Below, one piece after another: positions 38,571-48,019 of a stretch of DNA of 64,000 nucleotides. Position numbers and translations under genes: made by a program. Position 1 is the stretch's first letter, and each line of letters starts with the position of its first letter. Location of the stretch: the IMG/VR virus record IMGVR_UViG_3300027762_000001; one strand, given 5' to 3'. A model generated the notes under the pieces. The model did no database searches. It saw nothing but the letters and a program-made list of their open reading frames with translations, and was not told the origin of the DNA. Source of the DNA: a virus.

Positions 38571-38930
38571 ATGACAAATTTAAATGATGTACTAAAATAT
38601 GCAAAGATAATAAATAAAATAATTGAACGATACACAAATGATAATGATATTGAAAAGTTTAAAAAGTCAATGGAAGGGATTGAAAGGAAATTAAAAAGAG
38701 ATATAGCTAACAGTAAACCATTAGAAATTGGACCTTCAAATTTCTGTATGGGAGCACTTGTAATTGAAAAGGCTATTTCGCATTTACTAGAAATAAAATC
38801 TAGGCATGAGCCTAAATCACAAAATATTAAATTGGTGCCAACAAGAAAGATTATCAAAAAAGATTTAGAAAAAATTAAAGATATTAGCGCTAAATCTTTT
38901 AAAAGATATAAAGAGGAATGTGAAGAATAA
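38571..38930 (+). CDS. Hypothetical protein
   Basis: ggagg RBS. Confidence 0.6.
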   Translation: MTNLNDVLKYAKIINKIIERYTNDNDIEKFKKSMEGIERKLKRDIANSKPLEIGPSNFCMGALVIEKAISHLLEIKSRHEPKSQNIKLVPTRKIIKKDLEKIKDISAKSFKRYKEECEE

Positions 38931-38945
38931 AAGGAGGATGATTAT

Positions 38946-39035
38946 ATGAATTGGGATAAAATTACTGATATAGGCCTAGGAATAACTAGCATTATACTTG
39001 GAGTTGCATTAATTGCACTAAGAATAAAAAAATAA
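38946..39035 (+). CDS. 29-aa single-TM peptide, not in ORF track
   Basis: aggagg RBS; MNWDKITDIGLGITSIILGVALIALRIKK; terminator follows at 39041-39063. Confidence 0.55.
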   Translation: MNWDKITDIGLGITSIILGVALIALRIKK

Positions 39036-39067
39036 TCTACAGAGCTTCATAGCTCTTTTTTTTCGTC

Positions 39068-40684
39068 CTATAACGTCTGACCATAAGCACTAGAAAACGC
39101 AATACCAGTATCTCCAGCTTCAGGATATAAAAGTTGAGCTAAATATGCATATATGCAGGAGTGCATACCATCGTCAGGTTGACCCTCTGGATGAGTGTAA
39201 ATTAAATCTTCAGATCTTCCATTCTGACTTTTTCTATACTCTTTCATTTCAGCTAAGTGATGGTCAAACATCCACATAAATTTATCTTTATCATAACCTG
39301 CCCATGCAACTCTTTGTTCATATACAAATCTTACATAGTTAGTTATAACTTTACTTCTATTTACAACCCATTTTAAATCCTTTTGGTCCCACTTTGTTTC
39401 TTCTTTTTGATTAAAAGAATAATAACATGCCATAACTCTTAATCCAAATCTCTTTTGAAGTTCTTTATATTGAGTAAAACCAAAACCCCAGTCAACTATA
39501 CAACATGCAATTTTAAAAATCTGCATTAAGTTAGATATATCTCTTAACTGATAATCAGGCTCTATCTCTTCACTTCTATGATATTTTTTAGTATAAAGCA
39601 TCTGATACTTTCCTTCTGCATTAAAAGAAAATATGCTAACTATAGTAAATGATTTTTCTCCTTTACCCCAGTCTACCCCCATGAAGTTTCTGGTGTTCGT
39701 AAAATAGCCTTCTGCTCGATTATAAAGCTTAAAGGTGTTATTAGATATCTGAGATAGAATTAAGTGGTTAAATGGCTTTTCTGCGTCCTCATAGCTACGT
39801 CCTAAAACCTCGTTATGAAACTTATCCATTGAGTATGTTTCATACTTATCCCAAATGTCTCCAGGTAATATCCATGGCACCATAAGTTGCGATATTCTAA
39901 ACCCATACATTTTTTTGCCAGGCTGCAAGGGATACCACATTCCACATGATATAGATTCTTTAGGAATTTCCATTCTACATTTTCTACATAAAAAAGCATC
40001 AGGGGATAAATTCTTAACCCCTAATATCTGATATTTATTACAATGAGGGCATTTTACGACCCACTCATTTTGATTACTTCTATCCCAATACTGCTGAATT
40101 GTATTTCCGAAAGTCTTAGGTGTTCCTGTGTACCATGTAACTCTTATTCCTGCACCTGTATCTAAAGCATGAGACTGTGTTTCTTTTATAACAGGAATTG
40201 CATCTATGTGTATATCTTGTATTTCATCCCCCCAGATTCCGTTACAAGTTATACCCCTTATATTATCTCCATATTCAAAGCAATGCTTAAAATAATTAAC
40301 AGAGCCATTTGTGAACTCTTTTAACATAACAGCTTGAGCACAATTTTTATCTATGTAACTCTTTTTTATTATGCTCTCCTGACTATACTCATAAAGCTTT
40401 CCTATTCTCTCTCTTGAAAATGTTCTGACTTGCTCTGTGAGTGGAGCAAAATATAAAGCCCTAAAATGAGGTATTAAAAGAGTATGATTAGCCATATGTA
40501 CAGAACTTGTCGTAGATTTCTCTACCTGACGCCCCGACATTATCATACCCTCTTCTATAATACTATTATATATTGGCAATAGATAACTTCTATTTTTAAG
40601 CCTAAAAGGTTTCCCCTCTAACATATAGACGCTTTCTGCAAATGTTGAAGGAATAACCTCTAATTTTTTTTGCTCTTCACTCAA
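39068..40684 (-). CDS. terL: Terminase large subunit
   Basis: GRQVEKST Walker A-like, DEIQD Walker B, GTP coupling motif, CPHC..C..C, F.NEVLG, GVDWG nuclease, DD.MH. Confidence 0.88.
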   Translation of the reverse strand: MSEEQKKLEVIPSTFAESVYMLEGKPFRLKNRSYLLPIYNSIIEEGMIMSGRQVEKSTTSSVHMANHTLLIPHFRALYFAPLTEQVRTFSRERIGKLYEYSQESIIKKSYIDKNCAQAVMLKEFTNGSVNYFKHCFEYGDNIRGITCNGIWGDEIQDIHIDAIPVIKETQSHALDTGAGIRVTWYTGTPKTFGNTIQQYWDRSNQNEWVVKCPHCNKYQILGVKNLSPDAFLCRKCRMEIPKESISCGMWYPLQPGKKMYGFRISQLMVPWILPGDIWDKYETYSMDKFHNEVLGRSYEDAEKPFNHLILSQISNNTFKLYNRAEGYFTNTRNFMGVDWGKGEKSFTIVSIFSFNAEGKYQMLYTKKYHRSEEIEPDYQLRDISNLMQIFKIACCIVDWGFGFTQYKELQKRFGLRVMACYYSFNQKEETKWDQKDLKWVVNRSKVITNYVRFVYEQRVAWAGYDKDKFMWMFDHHLAEMKEYRKSQNGRSEDLIYTHPEGQPDDGMHSCIYAYLAQLLYPEAGDTGIAFSSAYGQTL

Positions 40685-41139
40685 GGAGTGTCACTTCCTT
40701 TAATTATGTGGTCATATGCACGAGTATATGAAAGCTCACCTTCTGCAGATAGATGTTCTCCCCAAGAAACTGTTGGTGTTGAAACTTCATCAATTGTAAC
40801 TATCTTTTTATCTTTACTCATTATTTCAGTACTTTCAACGCCATTTCTATCTTTTATAATTAAATAGTTTTTTATATCATAGTCGAAATTTTCTGCATTA
40901 GTAATAATTATACCAGCATTAATGCATTCTCCAAATTTAATGTACTTATCATTTAATGTAACGCCTACTCTTTTTCCTGTATATGATTTAACAAAATCAA
41001 AACAATCAGAGATATCATCATAAAAATTAACAGTTTCTCTTTGCTGATTTATTATATGATCCATCTTACTGTCCGTTATAGTGAGGAAACTTTTTATCTC
41101 TTTTATATCATTTAAAAATTCTTTTATTTTTCTAAACAT
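40681..41139 (-). CDS. Hypothetical protein
   Basis: Overlaps terminase start; same operon. Confidence 0.6.
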   Translation of the reverse strand: MFRKIKEFLNDIKEIKSFLTITDSKMDHIINQQRETVNFYDDISDCFDFVKSYTGKRVGVTLNDKYIKFGECINAGIIITNAENFDYDIKNYLIIKDRNGVESTEIMSKDKKIVTIDEVSTPTVSWGEHLSAEGELSYTRAYDHIIKGSDTP

Positions 41140-41444
41140 AAGTCATCACCATCTAATAAGTCTTTTTTTCTTGCATCTATGCTGTGTTCAAATATTAATT
41201 TAATATTTGATACTGAGTCATCTTTTCTAGTATCAATAATTTGTTTAAAGTTATTTAACCTGCTAGCATATTTTACACTATCATTACTATGTATTATAAT
41301 ATTTATACAGTCCTCTTCACCAATTAATAAATCACAAAATAACCTTAAGATATCTACTCTGTTAAGTTTATGCCTTTTTGCTAAATTACTAACTGCTGAC
41401 TCTTGTTCTTCACTTAGTTCTAATAATATTCTTTTTCTAAACAC
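41124..41444 (-). CDS. Putative ribbon-helix-helix DNA-binding protein
   Basis: ILLELSEEQ..AV..LAKRH.LNRVDILR strand-helix-helix pattern. Confidence 0.45.
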   Translation of the reverse strand: MFRKRILLELSEEQESAVSNLAKRHKLNRVDILRLFCDLLIGEEDCINIIIHSNDSVKYASRLNNFKQIIDTRKDDSVSNIKLIFEHSIDARKKDLLDGDDLCLEK

Positions 41445-41502
41445 TATTTGATCACCCTACACCATCATAATATATATTTTTTTAAAAATCAATATATTAT
41501 TC

Positions 41503-41548
41503 GTGCTTGATATATATATAAAGTTTTGATAGAATATATATCAAGCAC
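41503..41548. promoter_or_regulatory. 15-bp inverted repeat overlapping a sigmaA-type promoter
   Basis: gtgcttgatatatat...atatatatcaagcac; TTGATA(41507)-N17-TAGAAT(41530). Confidence 0.6.
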
Positions 41549-41564
41549 CGAGAAAGGTGATGAA

Positions 41565-41831
41565 ATGACAAAAAAAACGGTGGGAGCTATTGTTTTTAAA
41601 TTAGGAGATAACAGTGAAATTATTGAAAGATTAGAAGACGCGGGATTTGAAATCACGAAATTAAGTGAAAATGATTTTTATGTATATAAAGATGAGAACG
41701 ACATAACTCCGATAGATGTTCTATTAAAATTAAGAGAACTTGGAGTTTATGTATCAACTCAAAGTATAGTCAAGACATCAGTTTATTCCGGTGGAGAAGT
41801 ATACAAAGAAAAAATAGAGTATTTAATGTGA
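41565..41831 (+). CDS. Hypothetical protein
   Basis: aaaggtga RBS; start refined. Confidence 0.6.
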   Translation: MTKKTVGAIVFKLGDNSEIIERLEDAGFEITKLSENDFYVYKDENDITPIDVLLKLRELGVYVSTQSIVKTSVYSGGEVYKEKIEYLM

Positions 41832-41838
41832 GGGAAAA

Positions 41839-42483
41839 ATGGCTAGAAAAAAAAGAAGTGTTAAGCAGATAGAAGAGTCAATCGAGACACTAAGTAATAA
41901 ATTATTTGAAAGACTAAAAGAATTCAGAGATAGTGGAACTAAATTTTGTATAATTGATAGATTCAATGGATATGATTTTTTTGAAGTTTTTAAAGATGCG
42001 TTATATTCATATAGGTCAGATGCAGTTATTTGTGAAAGACTTTATTATGAAAAAAAATGTTATCTTGCAAAAAGAAAAACTTTTGACATCTCTGACGATG
42101 CAAAAAAACTTTATGAAAGCTTTATAAAGTTTTCTAAAAAAATAGAAAAAGAGAATATTAGCGAATTATCAGATGAAGAAGTAAAACAAAGAGAAAATAA
42201 AATAGAAGATTATAAGAAAAAATTAGAAGACAATCCTCCCGAAGAAAAAGATATTAGTCTGTTATCATATAAAACTGACTTTAATGGGGAGGGATATTTA
42301 GTAACAGAATTAAATAAAATTTCAGATGAAATTTTATTACAGATAAGTAAAACGACAGTAAACTTTGTTTTTAGCTATTTTTCAACTTTTAAATATATGG
42401 CAATGGATGGATACTCAATTAGTATAACGCCTATATTTAGTGAAGATTATATAGATATCATCGCCATAATGAAGGAAATGTGA
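41839..42483 (+). CDS. Hypothetical protein
   Basis: gaggg RBS, 214 aa. Confidence 0.6.
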   Translation: MARKKRSVKQIEESIETLSNKLFERLKEFRDSGTKFCIIDRFNGYDFFEVFKDALYSYRSDAVICERLYYEKKCYLAKRKTFDISDDAKKLYESFIKFSKKIEKENISELSDEEVKQRENKIEDYKKKLEDNPPEEKDISLLSYKTDFNGEGYLVTELNKISDEILLQISKTTVNFVFSYFSTFKYMAMDGYSISITPIFSEDYIDIIAIMKEM

Positions 42484-42507
42484 TCACTATCCTGTAATTC
42501 TCCTTTT

Positions 42508-42545
42508 AATAAATAGACTAGGGTTAAACCCCTAGTCTATTTATT
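42508..42545. terminator. Bidirectional terminator
   Basis: aataaatagactaggg..ccctagtctatttatt between convergent genes. Confidence 0.75.
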
Positions 42546-43784
42546 ATCCTCATCCACTTCAAAACTTACTCCTAATTCATCTATACCCTCAATATCTTCT
42601 GGTATTATTTTTTCATCTAATGGCTCTATGCCAGACTCTTTTAATCTCTCATTTGTTTTTTTGATTTGCTCATCTAAAATATCTTCTGTTCTTTGTTTAT
42701 AAAGTTCCATGAGTATTGCATTCGAATGTTTATCTGCATTACCCGTTGATACTCCTGTCTTTATATTCTCCACTTTATCATGAGCAAAACTCATGATTTT
42801 TGCAACTTTAAATAATGAATCAACAACATCTCTATCTTTGTGTCCGTCTAACTGTAGGAATCTCTCATAACCTTTAGCCACAACATCTGTGAACATTTTT
42901 TCAAAATCACCCTGTTCTGCTTGAGCTGTTCTAAAGGAGAACTCGGAATACACCATGTTTAATGTTTTAATATTATCATCTAATTCTTTAACTCTTTGTT
43001 CTGATTGTTTTTTAATAACTAATTTCTCTCCAACCTCTAAATCTTTATACGCTGACAAATTATCTATATCTTTTAAAAGATTAACTAATGCTGCCTTTTC
43101 GCCTTCTAATGTCTTTATTTTAGATTCTATATCATGAGTCTTTATATTGAAGAACACTTTCTTATAAAGACCTATATCATAATTAAAGATTTTCATATCT
43201 AAATTTTTATTACAATACTCGCATATTCTAGAATCTGGAACACATTCTAATAACATTTTATCTACCAAATATCTTTTTGGATGAATTAATATTTTTTCTA
43301 TAGATTGTCTCGTAAATGTTGTATCAATTAATCTTTCACCATTTTGGTCAACAGGGACATTTGTAGTTGAGCCATAAAATCTGACTATTTCATTTGCCCA
43401 TAGAGCATCTACCTCTAAATCTTTTACCATTTTGCAAAAACTTTCTTGATCGTCTGGTGCATCAGATAGTTCAAGATTAAAATTTAATATATTTTTTTGA
43501 AATGCTTTACTCTTTTTATTTGTTAATATTTTATTCTTGTAATCACTATATACGTATCCTAAGTTATATTGTTTTATTACAGGGTCTATCACATTTAAGT
43601 AATATATAACAAGATTAGGCTCGTGAGGAGCTGAAAGTCCAAGTTTGAAAAGTTCTGCCTTTATAAAAGTTGGAGAGTATCTTTTTGTTAAAAGATATCT
43701 TATATATCTTACGTGTGGTTTTGACTCAATTGCCTTTATTATGTTTATGCATCTTTCTTTGCTAAAATTAAAATCTGTAGCCAT
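42537..43784 (-). CDS. Hypothetical helical/coiled-coil protein
   Basis: 415 aa, acidic tail; no family recognised. Confidence 0.65.
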   Translation of the reverse strand: MATDFNFSKERCINIIKAIESKPHVRYIRYLLTKRYSPTFIKAELFKLGLSAPHEPNLVIYYLNVIDPVIKQYNLGYVYSDYKNKILTNKKSKAFQKNILNFNLELSDAPDDQESFCKMVKDLEVDALWANEIVRFYGSTTNVPVDQNGERLIDTTFTRQSIEKILIHPKRYLVDKMLLECVPDSRICEYCNKNLDMKIFNYDIGLYKKVFFNIKTHDIESKIKTLEGEKAALVNLLKDIDNLSAYKDLEVGEKLVIKKQSEQRVKELDDNIKTLNMVYSEFSFRTAQAEQGDFEKMFTDVVAKGYERFLQLDGHKDRDVVDSLFKVAKIMSFAHDKVENIKTGVSTGNADKHSNAILMELYKQRTEDILDEQIKKTNERLKESGIEPLDEKIIPEDIEGIDELGVSFEVDEDNK

Positions 43785-43793
43785 GTCTACCCC

Positions 43794-44096
43794 CTACTTT
43801 ATTGTCCTAATTTGATTATTTTTTAGTTCCTTCATTTTCTCTCCAGGCTTTTTAATTGTAACAAATGAAGTAAAAGAACTTTCGTCTGGAGCAATGCTTA
43901 CATTTGTATAGTCCTTAACAATGTCCTCAACTAAGGTTCTAATTACAGGCATTAATTGTACAAGCTCTGGCATTACTTGCTCAGCTTCAATATTTAGCTT
44001 ATCTTTCTTATTAAAAAATCTTTTTGCTGCCTCATAAATATCATCAAAAGGATTATTTTTAATATGCAAAATATATTTTTTAATTTGTGCGTTCAT
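43794..44096 (-). CDS. Hypothetical protein
   Basis: gaggggtga RBS; upstream TTGAAA-N17-AATAAT (44113-44141, minus). Confidence 0.6.
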   Translation of the reverse strand: MNAQIKKYILHIKNNPFDDIYEAAKRFFNKKDKLNIEAEQVMPELVQLMPVIRTLVEDIVKDYTNVSIAPDESSFTSFVTIKKPGEKMKELKNNQIRTIK

Positions 44097-44191
44097 AACT
44101 CACCCCTCTTTCATTATTGCATATCCGCGTCTTGTTTTCAAGTAAGATGCAAATTATGATAGTTTTGCGTTTTAAGTTTTTTTTAAAAATT

Positions 44192-44208
44192 TAGTATAAG
44201 AAATAAAA
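44192..44208 (+). promoter_or_regulatory. Phage promoter-like motif, copy 5
   Basis: TAGTATAAGAAATAAAA. Confidence 0.65.
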
Positions 44209-44236
44209 TAAATTAATTAAAAGGGGAAATGAAAAC

Positions 44237-44452
44237 ATGAAATTTTTTAACTTTAGTGAGAAGGCAAAGAAGCGAATTAAAGTAGGAACGGCAGTTGGAA
44301 CGGCTATTTTAGGGGTAGTACTTGTAGTTTTTGGATTCAATTCAAAAAGTAAAAATTCAGAAGAAGATTCAAATGACCAAGAAGACACAGAAAATGAAAC
44401 TGTAGATAACAACAATGACGAAGATAATGAAATAAAGATCACAGAGTTTTAA
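44237..44452 (+). CDS. Small single-TM protein with acidic tail
   Basis: VGTAVGTAILGVVLVVFGF; terminator 44457-44487. Confidence 0.65.
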   Translation: MKFFNFSEKAKKRIKVGTAVGTAILGVVLVVFGFNSKSKNSEEDSNDQEDTENETVDNNNDEDNEIKITEF

Positions 44453-44486
44453 ATTTAATAAAGGGCCTAACGGCCCTTATTTTTTT

Positions 44487-46619
44487 TCATGCAGTTCCCT
44501 TTATGGAGTTATGAAACTTACTTATAGCACCTTTTAATGTGTCCGCTTTACCGCATGCTCTATGTGTATGAGTCACATATGTAGTTTTTCCATCCTTGTT
44601 TACACTTTTCCAAACTGCTGAGTCACCATTACTCCATGTAGCTTTAGACTTATAAACTTCTTCTTTTTCTTCTTTTGATAATGGAACTTTATTATCTTTT
44701 AACTTTTCAAAATTTGATTTTGTCTTAGCTTCTTTATACATTCCATCTATATAGTCTGCAACTTTATTATTCTCTTTTAGCGTATCAAATAATAATTTAT
44801 TTTGTTTGTCTTTATGTTGAGCGATTTCATATATAAATTCATCAGGTGTCTTATCTCTTGACTTAAATATACCTAAAAACTTTGGCATAGTAGCTATATA
44901 TCTATTTACATTTACAACTCTATCTTTCTTAGGTCTATGACTTAACCCACCACTTCTTACACCTCTTGCCTCCATCTGCTTCATTTTTTCAGGATTATAA
45001 TGAGGGTCCAATACACCTTCCCAAGTTGTATCATTTAATGATAAACCCTCTCCACCAGCAGAAGATATTATCATAACCTTTTTATTGCCTTTATTAAAAT
45101 CCTCTATATCTTTTTGTCTTCCTTCTTCTGTAATTCCAAAATTACCTTTGCCTGTAAATTTACCATATTGAATACCTTTTGATTTTAACCCCTGTTCAAT
45201 AGAATCTGTACCACCCTTTATTAAGTGACTAAATAATATTGCTCTTCCATCAGGAGTTTTCCCTAAATGTTCTTCCATATCGCGCAAAAGAGTGTTTAGT
45301 TTTGGAGTTAATTTTGGACCGTCTTTTGGTGATATCTTTGGGTTTATAGCACTTATATCGTTCATTAATTTTCTTGCTTCAACTAATTTTGAAAAAACTT
45401 GAGCAGCCTCTTCATCTTTTAAAGTTTCAAGCCTCTTTGTTCTTATCATTTTTCTAACTGCTGGATTATCCTTTAATATACCTTTATATAATTTTTTTTG
45501 CTCTTTACTGAGAGGTACCTTCGTAATACTTACAGCTTTATCAGGCATTTTAGCTATTTCTTTTATATCATTAACATCTAAATAATCTACATATTTTTTT
45601 AATTCGTTTTGTAATAATCTTTTATTTTTAAAACCTAAAACAGGCTTTCTTTTTTCATGCAAGTCTCTATACTTCCAAGACCTATCTCTTTTTAGCCACA
45701 TTTGCTCAAATTGTTTTTTATTTTTTCCTAATATATGTTTTTGTCCAGAGGCAACATCAACTAAAGGCTGAATATCAGCTAATGAGTTAGATACTACAGA
45801 GCCTGTTAATCCAATATAATTAGGATAAAGTTTTCTTGTTTTCTTTAGAGCTTCAGTAACTGCTGTATCTTCATTTTTACCTTTGTGACTCTCATCTGTT
45901 ATAACTGTGTCAGCTCCAGTTTCCCTTATATAATACTCAGGGTCTTTTTTAAATAAATCATAAGATACTATATTGTAATCTTTATTCTTGTCAGGTAGTC
46001 CATATTTGCTATTTTTCTTTGATAGCTCAGCTTTATTTCCAACAATATTGTATGAACTGTTTGTGAATTTTTTTATTCCAGATGAACCAAAATTCATTCT
46101 AAGTCCAGATGGTACGACTACCAATGCTCTATTGGCCTTTCCATCTTGTTTCATTTTTTCAAATTTAGCAATTGCAGTTAAGGTCTTTCCGCTTCCAACA
46201 GGATGCGCTAAAACTTTTTCTGTGCTAGGATCTTCTGCTACACGTTTTTGATGAGGGTAAAGCTGGATGTTGTCTCTTAAAGCAGCCTCTTTATACATTC
46301 CATCTATATAGTCTGCAACTTTAATATCCCATCTAGGCTCATAAGTTTTCTTAGAAAGATTTGCTTGATTTATATTTTTTATTTTGAATCGTCTAATATT
46401 ATTTCTTAGTTTACAATAGCCGAAATAATCGTCTCCACGAATCTCGTAAGGCTCTGTTAATCTCATTGTGGAGTCACCTTTTTTATCAGTATACCAAATC
46501 TTTAAAAGATTTTTATTGTTGCCAGCTTTTTTTATTTTGCTTTTTACTTTTTCTTCAAGGGGTATAGCATGCCTCCCCATTGCATATTTATATATAATTT
46601 CTTTATATGAATCCTTCAA
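44487..46619 (-). CDS. WYL-SNF2/SF2 helicase fusion with small C-terminal domain (candidate polyprotein)
   Basis: WYL (Y.D.KG..T.R..EPY..YC..R...R.F); LYPHQ, VGSGKT, DESH, GLTG, GGEGL.L, W, Q..ARG.R; KVADYIDGMYKEA on both sides of the helicase. Confidence 0.88.
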   Translation of the reverse strand: MKDSYKEIIYKYAMGRHAIPLEEKVKSKIKKAGNNKNLLKIWYTDKKGDSTMRLTEPYEIRGDDYFGYCKLRNNIRRFKIKNINQANLSKKTYEPRWDIKVADYIDGMYKEAALRDNIQLYPHQKRVAEDPSTEKVLAHPVGSGKTLTAIAKFEKMKQDGKANRALVVVPSGLRMNFGSSGIKKFTNSSYNIVGNKAELSKKNSKYGLPDKNKDYNIVSYDLFKKDPEYYIRETGADTVITDESHKGKNEDTAVTEALKKTRKLYPNYIGLTGSVVSNSLADIQPLVDVASGQKHILGKNKKQFEQMWLKRDRSWKYRDLHEKRKPVLGFKNKRLLQNELKKYVDYLDVNDIKEIAKMPDKAVSITKVPLSKEQKKLYKGILKDNPAVRKMIRTKRLETLKDEEAAQVFSKLVEARKLMNDISAINPKISPKDGPKLTPKLNTLLRDMEEHLGKTPDGRAILFSHLIKGGTDSIEQGLKSKGIQYGKFTGKGNFGITEEGRQKDIEDFNKGNKKVMIISSAGGEGLSLNDTTWEGVLDPHYNPEKMKQMEARGVRSGGLSHRPKKDRVVNVNRYIATMPKFLGIFKSRDKTPDEFIYEIAQHKDKQNKLLFDTLKENNKVADYIDGMYKEAKTKSNFEKLKDNKVPLSKEEKEEVYKSKATWSNGDSAVWKSVNKDGKTTYVTHTHRACGKADTLKGAISKFHNSIKGTA
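44731..44766. repeat. 36-bp exact direct repeat, copy 1
   Basis: tctttatacattccatctatatagtctgcaacttta. Confidence 0.92.
46288..46323. repeat. 36-bp exact direct repeat, copy 2
   Basis: tctttatacattccatctatatagtctgcaacttta. Confidence 0.92.
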
Positions 46620-46646
46620 GAAAAATCACCACCTTACCTAAGATTA

Positions 46647-46664
46647 TAGCATAAGAAATAAAAG
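46647..46664 (+). promoter_or_regulatory. Phage promoter-like motif, copy 6
   Basis: TAGCATAAGAAATAAAAG. Confidence 0.65.
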
Positions 46665-46690
46665 ATTTAAAAGAAGGGAAGGATGTATTA

Positions 46691-47269
46691 ATGAATTCAA
46701 AAATTTTAGATGTAGGATTTAAATTATTGGTGTTAGTAGGAGTAGCTGTAGCTGGAGGAGCATTAGGAATTTATATCTCAGAAAAGAAAGAGAATATTAT
46801 TATTGAAGATTTAAATGAGGAAGTTGAATTTAGAAATAATGAAATAAATGAGTTAACTGTTAAACTTGAATGTTTAGAAGAGGAACTTTTAAATAGAAGT
46901 ATAGAGCTTCAAAAAAGTAATGATAAGATGAAAAGATTAAAAACATGGGAGGAAGACTTAAGTTTAAGAGAAAATTCAACATCATCTATAGAGGATAAAC
47001 TTAATGGAGAGAAAAAGGAGCTTAGTTTAAAATCTCAACAATTAGATGAGAAAGAAGCTAAATTAAAAGCTATGGCTCTTAATGATTTAAAATATAAAAT
47101 TGATACAGTAGAAGAGATTATCAAGGAAATAGATAAACTAAAAGAAGAAAATAGTGACTCGTCAGTATTAATAAAGGAAATAGACAGATTATTAAAAGAT
47201 AAAAACGATTCAAGTATAGATAAATTTCTATTTAGGTCTGATATAAATTTAACATCAATAGAAATTTAA
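46691..47269 (+). CDS. Membrane-anchored coiled-coil protein
   Basis: N-terminal TM then long heptads. Confidence 0.7.
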   Translation: MNSKILDVGFKLLVLVGVAVAGGALGIYISEKKENIIIEDLNEEVEFRNNEINELTVKLECLEEELLNRSIELQKSNDKMKRLKTWEEDLSLRENSTSSIEDKLNGEKKELSLKSQQLDEKEAKLKAMALNDLKYKIDTVEEIIKEIDKLKEENSDSSVLIKEIDRLLKDKNDSSIDKFLFRSDINLTSIEI

Positions 47270-47296
47270 AAAAATATTTTTAAAACGCATTTTCTG

Positions 47297-47314
47297 TAGT
47301 ATAAGGGATAAAAG
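47297..47314 (+). promoter_or_regulatory. Phage promoter-like motif, copy 7
   Basis: TAGTATAAGGGATAAAAG. Confidence 0.65.
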
Positions 47315-47452
47315 TAAAAGAAAGGAAGTGATAACAATAAGTGGAAGTGTAAAAACAATCATAGCAGTTTTAAGGTCTGTACTAATACGTATCTTCAAGT
47401 TTTAACATAAATATAACTAATAAAATTTTAAAAAATGAAAGGGTGTTGAATT

Positions 47453-47875
47453 ATGATGGAATTTATTAAAAACGAGGTAGTTAAAAAGGTAATGGAATAT
47501 CTAGGGATAGCATTTGTTTCAGTATTTATATTGAAGATATTTGAAAAGATACTAGATATAATGAATGAGGCAAAACCGGCAGAAAAGAAAACAGCAGTAG
47601 ACTTATTTAAATCCGCAACAAGAAGAGCAAAAAGAGGAGAAGGGTTCGATAATGTTGAAGGTGTTGCTACTGATGCAATAGTTAAATATAAGATTGAACT
47701 AGCAAAGAAAATAAAAGATAAAGAAAAAGAAGTTGAAAATAATAAACCTGCAGAACCTAAAGCTGAGGAAGTTAAAGCAGAACCTAAAGCTGAGGAAGTT
47801 AAAGCAGAACCTAAAGCTGAGGAAGTTAAGGCAGAAGAAAAGAAAACTGAAGAAAAGAAAGATAATAAAAAATAA
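47453..47875 (+). CDS. Membrane-associated protein with EPKAEEVKA repeats
   Basis: Hydrophobic N-segment; three 27-bp tandem repeats ~47753-47833; terminator 47908-47934. Confidence 0.7.
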   Translation: MMEFIKNEVVKKVMEYLGIAFVSVFILKIFEKILDIMNEAKPAEKKTAVDLFKSATRRAKRGEGFDNVEGVATDAIVKYKIELAKKIKDKEKEVENNKPAEPKAEEVKAEPKAEEVKAEPKAEEVKAEEKKTEEKKDNKK

Positions 47876-47952
47876 GGCAGCTTAAGTCAGACACAATAAC
47901 TAAAAACAAAAAGGGGTGCAAACCTCTTTTTTTTCTTCTTTTTTTAAAATTT

Positions 47953-47970
47953 TAGCATAAGATATAAAAG
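47953..47970 (+). promoter_or_regulatory. Phage promoter-like motif, copy 8
   Basis: TAGCATAAGATATAAAAG. Confidence 0.65.
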
Positions 47971-48019
47971 GAGAGACGGAATAGGTACAATAATAATAAC
48001 AGTAAAGGAGAGTCAAATC

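Noticed and set aside
30407-40684. Inteins or introns in RNAP or terminase
   Set aside because: ORFs are continuous, sizes are normal, and no LAGLIDADG or intein junction motifs were seen.
42537-43784. Terminase small subunit or sigma factor
   Set aside because: No recognisable motif; left as hypothetical pending HHpred or Foldseek.
44731-46323. IS element with target-site duplication
   Set aside because: No transposase or terminal inverted repeats; the 36-bp repeat is an in-frame coding linker.
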